Below, one piece after another: positions 25,643 to 36,700 of a stretch of DNA of 64,000 nt. Position numbers and translations under genes: made by a program. The stretch spans positions 146,634 to 210,633 of the forward strand of contig CBFFRP010000434.1 in the NCBI GenBank assembly GCA_965644295.1. The letters are read 5' to 3'. The notes beneath the pieces were generated by a model that had not been told where the DNA came from, searched no databases, and saw nothing but the letters and a program-made list of their open reading frames with translations. Source of the DNA: Paraphysomonas bandaiensis. Lineage: Eukaryota > Protista > Chrysophyceae. Each line of letters starts with the position of its first letter. Within the stretch, counting starts at the first letter, position 1.

Positions 25643-28570
25643 CATATATGAAAGTCTGATTATTACATAAGTACGGTTGCGTACAGAAACTAGTTTATGT
25701 CTATAGACTAGCTAATAACTAGATTTGCTATATACTACTAGTGGCGGGCAACCGTCTCGGGACTGCTTGTGCATCGCTGCGAGCACCATGGTGCAACCGT
25801 CCCTTGTAGTGAGGTTAGTCGGGGGGTCTACCTTTGGGCAATGTGTCTGGCGGGCCTGTGCCATGGATTATGTGGGGGGTGGGTGAGGCGAGTTGTATAT
25901 GAGAGTGCAAGTCGGTGGTGGAGATGGTGCTGGTTGTTGAGGTGGGGTTTCGGCTACAAGTAAGGAGAAGTTGTTTCCGGAGTGGTTGCGCTTGCCTCTG
26001 TCGGGTCTGGGCTCTTGCAGAGAGTGTAGTTCGTGGGGTGGATGTCGCCTGGAGTAGCTGGAGTACTTTTGGTGTCGGGTGGGTATCCTGGGGCTGGCGG
26101 GGCTTTGCGTGTGTCGGGACCGGTGTCGCCGGTGCCGTGTCTACGTTGTGGTGTCTGTGTCCCCTATTGCGAAGCATGCGGAGCCCTCCATCATATAGGG
26201 GGAGTAGGATAGAGGCGATGGATTTTTCTAGGGCGTGGAATTGATGTTCGAGCAGTGAGCTGGATATGTGGCGTCCGAATGCGTCGGCCAATTGTGTGGC
26301 AGTAATGTGGCCGGTCCAGTAGCGCTCAACCTGGGGGGTGGCTGGGTTCCATGCGGCTTTGGTTAGTTTGGTTATGGCGGTGTAAAACCAGGGATGGGGG
26401 AGCGTGCGTGTGCGAAGTTTGTCAAGCTTATTGTGGTGTGCTTGGTGGACATCTTCACATATGTGAATGATGTCAGGGTGAGTGCAGGTGAGAAGCATGT
26501 GCGCCATGTTGTCTGTGGGGTGTGCACAGTCTGCGCATGTGGAAGCCGTTGTGCGATCGTGTCCGGATTTTCCTTTGGCTCGGTTTCTACCCATTGCAAA
26601 GGATTTGTCCCATACGTATGCCGTCTCGCGTATACGCTCTGCGAGGGGGATGTAGTGTTTGGAGGAGTTATGGGTACGGAGGGGATGGAGCTTGTGTGGA
26701 AGCCTTGTTCCGCTGCGTGTCCAATACTGCGGGTCTCGTTGCGTTTGTGCAGCATACATGCTATCTCGTCGGAGGGTGTAGTGATGGAGGTCCCACTGGT
26801 GGTGGAGATCTGTAACGTCTCCTAGCATAGGACCGAGGTCTGTGAGGAGGTGTGTATCGTATCTACGCCAGTGCCATTGACCCGTGGTGAAGAATTCTTC
26901 CAGTATGTGCGTAGCGTCTGTTGTGACAACACTGTAGTTGGAGGCTCCGAGCACTTTGTCTAGTGTCTTCCAGTCGCCGCTGGCGGCGGCGTCAGCTATA
27001 TAAATGCCGTGGTCAGTGTAGGTCCAGTTGCTTTGATCTTGTGTTCTACGTTCGGGGTGCGAACGCGTCCATTGTATTGGGCGCTGTTTAAGAGCTGTGG
27101 TGGCGAGGCATTCGTAAAATATTCCCTGGGTCCAATCACAGCTACAACTGTACAATGATCTTCACGGATGGATCCTTCACACGCACACACCTCACCCCTG
27201 CTCACCTACTCGGCAACACCCACACACAGCCCAATTCTCACGACGGAGGAGCTGCAATTGTATGGCTCCCGCCCAAGAACACCTGGGGTCACAGACAAAC
27301 CAAAATCCTACAACTTACGGCACCACAGTACACAGCGCCTGGCCTCAACGCATACACTTACGAAACCCTTGCAATGTCAGCAGCACTGACATTCTCCAAT
27401 GTACTCCACTCTTCCGTGCCAATCTGGACTGACTGCCAGGCGGTACAGACGCGGACCAAAGAGGCCCTCTCACACAGACGGCGTGCCCTCGGAACAAAGC
27501 ACTTTGTCAATGGTAGCTCGGAATTGTGGCGTAGCTGGGGAGGGAGGTTGTATTCTGATGCCTAGTTGTTGCCCCCATTGTACCAGACTGGTGATGTACG
27601 TGTCAACGTCCTGGGGGGGGTGCTCGTAGCGTTGCAAGAGCGATATGGCCGCACTCTTGGGCTGTCCTCCGAGTGTGAGAGCTCGTTGAAGAGTATGCCA
27701 TTTCTGAGTCTGGGCGTGGGTTGAAAATTTGCGCAGTCCAAGCCCTTTGTATTTCGGGGGAAGGTAGATAAGATCCGTGGGATATCCAGGGGGGAGACGG
27801 AGTATTTTCCTAGCGGCCTGCGCGAGTAGTTTGTCTATGGCGATGTATTTAGCGTATGTCCAGGATGCTTTGGTGGCCTTGTATAGTAGGGTCGGGAGTA
27901 TTTGTGTGTTGAGGACGAGTAGCTTGCAGTCAGGTGTCGCGCATTTGGATCGTAGAACTGCCGTGGATGTGGCTATGTAGGTGGTGCACCAGCTGTGGGA
28001 GTCGGTGTCCTTTACTGAGAATGGAAGTTGTACGCCGAGATACTTGGTGGAATTGGTGGTTGTTCGGATGGGGATGGGGTGTGGGCACCAGTTCCAGTCT
28101 CTTATGATGATGTGTGGGTTTGATTCTAACATGGCCGTCACCGCAAATGGGGCTCCCAGGGCAATGCATTCAGTTTTGGGGATGTTTAGTTGCATTCCGG
28201 AGAAGGCGCAGAAGGATGAGAGTTTGTCGGCCTTGAGCTGAGTGGCCTCAATGGAAGTTGTGATTTGGGAGAGGTCATCTGCGTACGCCTCATCTTGGCT
28301 ATCATCATGTAGGTCAGACCAGCATAGGATCATGTCAAAGATGACGATCCATGCAACTGTGGATTCAGTTCCACCTTGTGTGACCCCTCTCTCCGCGGAG
28401 AATCCCATGTCAGGGTGCTGGATAAAGGAGCCATCTGAGCCAAGCAGTTCTTCGAGTGATCGGGGATCGATGTTGTCGGCCATGTGTGGGGTCCAGATGA
28501 AGGTGCGACCCCCATCGTCGAGGTCGCTTTTAGCCATTTGATTGTGTCATCGGGGACACCAAGTCTTGCT
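25643..28570 (-). mobile_element. 5'-truncated LINE family A: RT, RNase H (internally inverted 27131-27500), zinc finger, PKGRPPD*
   Basis: RT motifs RGVTQGG, AYADDL, QLNIPKT and KYLGV. RNase H motifs IFTDGS, YETLAM and IWTDCQ lie on the opposite strand. CADC..HMLLTC finger. 3' UTR matches 5990-6175. Confidence 0.92.
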
Positions 28571-29014
28571 ATCTGGCTGGCGCTTTTATATGGAGGGCAA
28601 GCTAGAAGCTATATACGAACCGGGTCATACTTGGCTAGTAATACGTAATCCGTGAGGATCACGTAGAGGTTTTGTTTATAGGTGACATAAATTTTATCGT
28701 CAACGCTTAATATAAACTGTCGACACAATGCTTTCGTCGCGATAGCACTTGGTCCTGAAATGCTTTTATATATCAGTGGAAAAATTCCAACCTACTCAAC
28801 ATGTTCACGCGCTAGATTGACAACTACAGCAATATCAGAATCGCAATGAATGCTCTTTATTACCATCGACATCCAGAAATCACATTCTTTCCAATTACAG
28901 TTACGCAGTATCACAAATCATTTACAGTATTAAGACACACGAAGACTATTCGCCATCAATGTTTACTACACATTGGCCATCCAATCGTACTAAAAGCGTA
29001 GAAATGACAGGCAA

Positions 29015-31341
29015 CTATAAAATATCTACTGTCTTGTCTACCATGGTGCTGTTCCATCTATGGGCACATTGTTTGGCTGAGCGGAGTCCTCCCATATGAG
29101 CAGAAACTCTCGCCCAATCTATTCCTCTACCATCTCCCTTAGCTCCACAAGTCTCCACCCCTTCCCACAAACGTAGATCCTAGTGATATAAAAACACAAG
29201 TATTATCTCCAAAGAGGAATACATTTGTCCATACCTCAGCCTCAGTCCACGCTTGCACCAGCTTTGGTTTAAGAGTCTTATTCCATCGATGTGAGCACTG
29301 CTGTGAAGTTCTCCTACCACCCATGTGTTCAGATACCTTCCCCCAGTGAATAGCCCCCCCTATACCCTGTCCCCTATACAATTCCATGCCTTCCCGAAGT
29401 TTAGCGTCCTGTTTCGGGAATATAAGTACCACAATTATGTAATTCCGATCATTACACAACAGCACAACTTGATACAGTATAATCGTATAGTATTTTGTAT
29501 ACCTCTTCGTCTGTCCACATGGAAGACACCACCTCCTGCTTACGATGCTTTAGAGTTACGTTCCACCTGGTGTTGCACTGCCTTGGAGTCCTCCCACCGC
29601 CCATGTGCTCCGCAACTTTATTCCAATCTACGAGGCCACCAACAGCTTCTCTTTCAAACAGACGTACACCCTCTCGGAGCCGTTCGTTCTAACAATCCAC
29701 ATCACTATCGTATGAAGAAATAGGCAAGAAAATAGTATAATAGAATGCCTACCACAAATACTGTAACGAAATCGTACCTCCTCTTCAGTCCATGGACAGG
29801 TCCGCAGACCTGGAGATCGATGCTTCAATATGTTATTCCATCGATGAGAGCACTGCTGAGGGGATCGAGTGAAAGACATATGCTCCGCTACTTTTCCCCA
29901 ATTTACCCTCCCACCCTTGCCCTGGCCCTCAAACAGCCCCACCCCTACCCTTAGAGCTTCATCCTGCACAAAGATAAAGTAAAAATACATGCACATAGTG
30001 CTTCGCACGTAATATAACGCTAATTGTGATGTCTACATATATGCTGCAGTATTGCACCTCTTCTTGAGTCCACGGGGTAGCTTTCACCCCTCCCCTCTTG
30101 TGCTTAAGAGTGTCCCACCTATGAGAGCACTGCTTCTTCGTTCGTCTGCCCTGCATATGTTGTGCAATACTTGACCAGTCTGGACATCCCCTGCTACCGG
30201 GACCCTGTCCAGGTTTACAATACATACCCATGGCCTCTATGAGCAGGTCATCCTAGAATTTACTGTCAGGACAACGTACTGCACTATTACACCGCTTAAC
30301 AAGACTACATTACCACACACTTCAATATAAAAAAGTACATACATAATCGATATCTTATGCATATTATAGAACATATTCATCATTCCTATCAATAAGGTAT
30401 TGTACAATTGTTCGCGATTTAACAGCTCGTGCCAACAGTGTATTGAGCAGTCCTACCTCATCCTGTGACCACGGAGCATGCTTATTACAACCCTGTGGCT
30501 TGGAGAGCCGTGCCCAGCGGTCCATACACTGGTCACTAGTCCTGACGAATCCAATGTACGCTGCGACAAGGTCCCAGTCCACACCACCAACAGTAGAATA
30601 CCTCTGTACTCCCTCCCGCAAAAAAGTATCCTATTGTAATTAACTTCACTCCCTCCTCAACAGAATATGCATACGCAAATTAATACATACATGCATACAT
30701 GCCTCACTATATACCATATTTCCACAGCATATAATCTGAATAAAACATACATACGAACACTGACCATGGCGTCAGTCCACGACGAATCTGGAGGCATGCT
30801 TGAGGAGTTGTTCAGCATGGCCCAGCGCAATTGGCAATCTTGTACTGTGCAATCTCCACCAACCGCCATTGCAACCACATCCCAATTGACCTCACCTCCA
30901 TCCCCCACATCCACAGACGTAAGCTCATACTTCAATATCTCATCCTGCAGACATTTATATCAGTGCACTGTCGTACATCCTAACACACAGTTCCCTGACT
31001 GTGTCTGTATCAATTATCCAGTGGCCTTAACGAGATAAACCCATCTGATCTGAATAATCACACGAACTCACCTCTTCTTCAGTGAAGTCTCTGAACTTTC
31101 CCTGTCATAATAACAGTAGCAGTTAAGCCATCACAGGGAGATGACTGCGTTATATGAACACCACCTTGTTTGTTTTTTGTCGTTTAGAAAGTGGTTGTTC
31201 CATATTTACTATTTGCTGAAAACCGGATTGGATATGATGGTTACTGGGCGGTACGTACACACCCTCTTGGGGCGGTATGTCCTGTACCGGAAGCATAACG
31301 TGGTTATAGGGAGCTATCCTGTCGTCTCTCGGTACTTCCAT
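29015..31341 (-). CDS. Myb transcription factor with 7 tandem repeats, one exon per repeat
   Basis: Seven exons of form D..L.EG....W..VA.HM...RT..QC..RW....WT.EE, with GT donors right after the WTxxE-like motif. The true start is uncertain. Confidence 0.85.
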
Positions 31342-31782
31342 GATCTCCTCAATACACAGGATACCTCTATTGAATCCTTATTTACTTCTATTTCAATAAG
31401 ATCTGAGAGGCAATCGATCCAATAGTATCTTCTGTCTGAGTATCGTATCGTTACCTCCTCCTCCTGTTCACAGTTCGCTATGAGACCCCCCACTTATATA
31501 CACAAAATACTCTGTACTGTAGTTGCCATAGTGAAATCTCATATACATTTCGAAATGACCGTGGCACGTACCACCATTAAATCACCAGAAAATTCTTTTT
31601 CTCCATCCTAATTTAAATTAACCAATTATCAAAAAGGATCCAAAATTGATTCGCTGAAATATTTTCAGTTTGACGGTTTAAGATACGAAGAGGAAAATCG
31701 GTGGCAGGTAAAGTATAGTGAAGGGACGGATGATAATGATTTCGATTCATATAATTGAATTATCTTAATAATCAAAGTAATC

Positions 31783-33185
31783 ATGGCTGATATCAATGAA
31801 CCAAGAGAAGCTCCTCTGGAGGATTCCGGAGATGGAGTGGAGACCAACTGGGACGAGGTAGTCACCAGTTTTGATGATATGGATCTGAAAGAGGATCTGC
31901 TGAGAGGTATTTACGCCTATGGTTTTGAGAAGCCTTCTGCCATCCAGCAGAGAGCTGTCAAGCCTATCCTCACTGGACGTGACGTAATTGCACAGGCCCA
32001 GTCAGGTAATTTTTTTGTTTTTTCGATGTGCTACATGTAAAGTGCATATGTTCAACGGGATGATGACTAAACAAATACCATCTTTCGAGTCTGTACTTAA
32101 TGGTTGATGATAAATACCTCTGACAAACTGACCGCTGCTATGTATATATGTGTACATAAAATTTTGCCTTTGTTGCTGGATATGTGCTGATATTATTGGC
32201 AGGTACCGGTAAGACCGCCACCTTCGCCATTGGTATTCTGCAGACACTGGATGTATCTATCAGAGAGTGCCAGGCTCTTGTACTTGCCCCTACCCGTGAG
32301 CTTGCCCAGCAAATCGTGAAAGTCATTACCTCACTTGGAGACTTTATGAGTATCAAAATCCACGCATGTGTTGGTGGTACTGCCGTACGTGAGGATATTC
32401 GCACACTGCAGGACGGTGTACATGTAGTGGTTGGAACCCCTGGCAGAGTCTATGACATGATCCAAAGGAGAGCTCTGAGACTAGAGAACATCAGAATGTT
32501 CGCCTTAGACGAAGCCGATGAAATGCTCTCTAGAGGGTTTAAAGAACAAATCTATGATGTCTTTAAGTATATGCCCGAGAGTGTTCAGTGTACAATTTTC
32601 TCCGCTACAATGCCTTTAGAAGTGTTGGAGGTTACTCGCAAGTTCATGCGCGATCCTATTCGTATTCTCGTGAAGAAGGATGAGCTCACCCTTGAAGGTA
32701 TCAAGCAGTTCTTTATTGCCATTGAGAGGGAAGAGTGGAAGCTAGAGACTCTATGTGATCTGTACACTACTCTTACCATCACCCAGGCCATTATATATTG
32801 CAATACCCGCCGTAAGGTAGATTGGCTCACAGAACAGATGCAGAGCCGTGACTTTACTGTCTCGTCCATGCACGGTGACATGGAACAGCGAGAGAGAGAC
32901 ATGATTATGAGAGAGTTTAGATCCGGTTCCACCCGTGTTCTCATTACAACCGATCTGCTTGCTCGTGGTATTGACGTCCAACAGGTGTCTCTTGTGATTA
33001 ACTATGACCTTCCCACAAATAGAGAGAATTATATTCATCGTATTGGCCGCTCTGGTCGATTTGGTAGGAAAGGTGTGTCCATTAACTTTATTACCCAAGG
33101 AGATGTAAGATATCTTCGCGACATCGAAGAGTTCTACCACACTCAGATTGAGGAAATGCCTTCTAATGTGGCAGATCTCCTTTAA
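31783..33185 (+). CDS. EIF4A: Eukaryotic initiation factor 4A; intron 32006-32202
   Basis: [13 protein letters not shown]|[42 protein letters not shown]. Confidence 0.97.
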
Positions 33186-33633
33186 GCAGATGCTACGCTG
33201 TTGACATGTGTGTCACGGAGTGGTGTCTTTATTGGATCAGTATAGTGTAGTCGACCATTGGCATCGTTGTCATGGCCACTTATATAGACACGTGCATTCT
33301 CCGTAAGCATCCTCAAACTATTAGCACTGCCATAATTATCATCCCCTAATATGCATGGTGCTGTGGGTGTTAGTGGTTAATGTTAGATGGCATATCATTT
33401 GCCTCGAACTTGGTTTTGGTAGTTGTTCTTTATAAGGTAATTATATTCTTACTAGCACTCATACCCTTTCCATTTTGCGTTCTGGTTTTGTCCTTTACAT
33501 CTCTTTATCCTAAATCACAGCATAAGAGTTACTGACTACTGACTGCAAAAATTACGCAAAACAATTTAGTAGTAGATGACGGCACACAGCAGTGACGATT
33601 TATTTAGTGCACCTAGTGTTAGTATGTGCATTT

Positions 33634-33779
33634 CGGGGCCTGGTAACCAGTAATGGTAATGGCATTATAATATACATACATAATACATACTGCTACTATC
33701 TGTACATACATCTACTATAGCAGTTGGTTGCCGGTAACCGGACAACCATTAATGGGCCATTAATGGTTACCAGGCCCTG
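33634..33779. mobile_element. hAT-type MITE, 146 bp
   Basis: 23-bp TIRs C(G/A)GGGCCTGGTAACCA(G/T)TAATGG; 8-bp TSD GTGCATTT at 33626-33633 and 33780-33787. Confidence 0.88.
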
Positions 33780-33786
33780 GTGCATT

Positions 33787-36700
33787 TATTAATTTACGCT
33801 TTTAGTTAGTGCAATATTGACTGATTGATATTATAGGAGATATAGTAAGTTTATGATGTTGTAGCCCTGTGAGTTAGGAACCACGTCATTCACCAACATC
33901 AACATTCTGTTCTACAAATCATATCTTTAACAGCTACTATATTTTCAGTTTCTTTGTATACTTGTAATAGCTACTCCTATACTGTAGTCATGTATATTCT
34001 GTATTTCATTGCTACATAGAATACAGGATAACTACTAGCGATTGACTTTACCAAACTTCAAGTACGCACGTAGGAGTTGGTTGTAGTTCAATACTCCCAC
34101 TCAATGAACATATCAGAATATACTGTGATGAGCAAGTCTACTTAGTGCGATACCATAGTGTGCACATGCTGATAGTGCAGCTTCTCGGACAAGGCTTTAG
34201 TCATCACGTCTGCTGTCATCTCTGCCGTTGGCACATGATTCAGCCTGACGATACAGCCTCCCACTTGCTCTCGAATCCAATGATACTTGATCCGAATATG
34301 CTTGGAACGTTTATGATTTACCGGGTTCTGAGCTAGATCAATCGCACTCTTGCTGTCCATATTCAAGATTGTTGGAGACGCATTCTTACTGAGCTCAAAT
34401 CCACGAATTCCGAGCTCTGTCATCACCCCTCGTATCCATACAATCTCCTGAATTGCAGCATATGCAGCCATATATTCAGCTTCCATAGTCGACGTAGCCA
34501 CTGTTGGCTGCAGTCTGGACTGCCATGCAATTGGAGCACCCCACAGATATACGATATACCCTGTAGTGGATCTGCATGTATCCAGATCTCCGGCCCAATC
34601 TGCATCAGAGTACACACATAGAGGGTCTTCATCTGTGAAATTAGGAAATATGATACCTTGATCAACTGTATTTTCTAAATACAATAAAGTATGCAGAGCA
34701 GCTTGACATGCAGCGTACGTGGGTCTTGTGGTGAACCGGGAGAGAAGATTTACTGTATATGCCATGTCTGGTCTAGTATGCACTGCCAAATACATTAAGG
34801 CACCAATAACAGATTGATAGGGAAATGCATCAACGTATTCTCTCTGTTTTCGAGTTTCTTCCTCTTTTGCATCCTTGGACAACTTTAGGCCAGGTGGTAG
34901 AGGTGTGGTTGCCTTGCACCGTCTCTTCTTTTCTGACAACAAGTGATTGAATCTGGCCACAACATCTTTAGCATATGCAGACTGATGTAACTTAATCTGG
35001 CCATTATGACGCTCAATGGTAAGACCTAAATAATGCTTAAGGTCCCCCATATCTTGCATGGCATATTGAGTCTTAAAGGCGCTGATGACTTCTTCAATAT
35101 GACGGCTGTCAGAGCTGAGCACAATGATATCATCTACATACACAAGTATCATATGTAGGTTATCATCAGTACCCTTGAGTACAAATAAACATGGGTCAAG
35201 AACACATTGTTTATACCCCATCGCCTTTATACTGTCCTTCAGCATTGAATGCCAATTTCGAGGCGCTTGTTTTAGGCCATACAAACTCTTCAGAATCTTC
35301 AAACAACAGCCTTGTGGAATATCTATTCCTGCAGGTGGAGACATAAACACGTCTTCGTCCAGATCTGCATACGGAAATGCCGTTTCTACATCGAGTTGAC
35401 GGAGTTGCAGATTGTATCGCAGAGCCAGTGCCAGTGCTAGCCTAAATGATACACCTTTAGCTACTGGGGAGAATGTCTCATTATAGTCGACTCCTTGTTC
35501 TTGAGTAAACCCTTTCGCCACAAGTCGAACTTTGAACTTCTTAATTTTTCCAAGATGGTCGCGCTTTACTTTAAAGACCAATTTAGATTTTATGATTTTT
35601 CGGTGTTTCGGCCTTCGGACAATCTTCCAGCATGTCCTTCGTTCAAGCTTGTGCACCTCCTTCCTGGTAGCTTCAATCCAGTATGTTCTCTGTGGAGTCT
35701 TCTTTGCTTCTGCCAGCGTCTGTGGCTCTTTAATTGTGCTGTTGGAGGAATCAAGAAACAATGAGACATCGCCGAGGACACCAACGTTAACAATGTGCCG
35801 TTTTTTTCGAGGTCGTTTTTCAGTTCTGGGATTTCGATCTGCCCCACCTGTTGAAGATGCGCCCCGATTTGAGCGGTCAGGAGTCCTCTGTTCATTGTCA
35901 CTGTCATTACAAGTCTGATCCAACTCATTTCGCAAACTATTAAACTTGTCGGTCTGACACTTTGTAGAGTGAGTCATCTTTACTACATCTTTGATATGAA
36001 TTGGAGTTTGCTCCTCGGTAGTATTTCCTTTCATATCTAATCTCCTATATGCAACAATGACTCCTCTTCTCTCTATCACTCTGGTGGTAACATAACACAG
36101 GTGTCCATCAAGATGTCTGAGGCCCACCAGGTACTGATAGTCATTTACACTCTCTGCTGTTTCTGAGGTGTCGATTTGTAGATTATCTATTTCGTCGAAA
36201 TACTCCTGTGAACGCTCTGGAATTGACTCATCAAACTGTGCATTGACTGCAACAATAATAGCATTCAGGTCTGGAATATATATTTGGTGTCCAACAGGTT
36301 GTTGACATTGTCCCATATAGTATCCAGGTTTTCCCTTTTCTTTCCACTCTTTGCGGCGCTGCTCCTTCGGCACAATAGCCCATGCCTTGCAGCCCCAGAT
36401 CTTCAAGTCACTCACATCTGGTGCGGTTCCAGTAATATACTCAAAAGGTGAGATGTATCCTTTCGTTGTCTTCGTAGGTAACCTGTTGATCAGATATACA
36501 GCATGCAAGACTGCTTTGAACCAAAATACTGATGGCATGCCACTATCGAGCAATATAGCAAGGGCCATCTCCTTCACTGTACGATTAGTGCGTTCCGATA
36601 GCGAATTCATTTCGGGTGTGTCACGTGGAGTCCAAGTAACCTGTACAGTCCTTGTGCTGGTGGTTTCACGTAAGTACTGCCTGACATGTTGCCCTACTAG

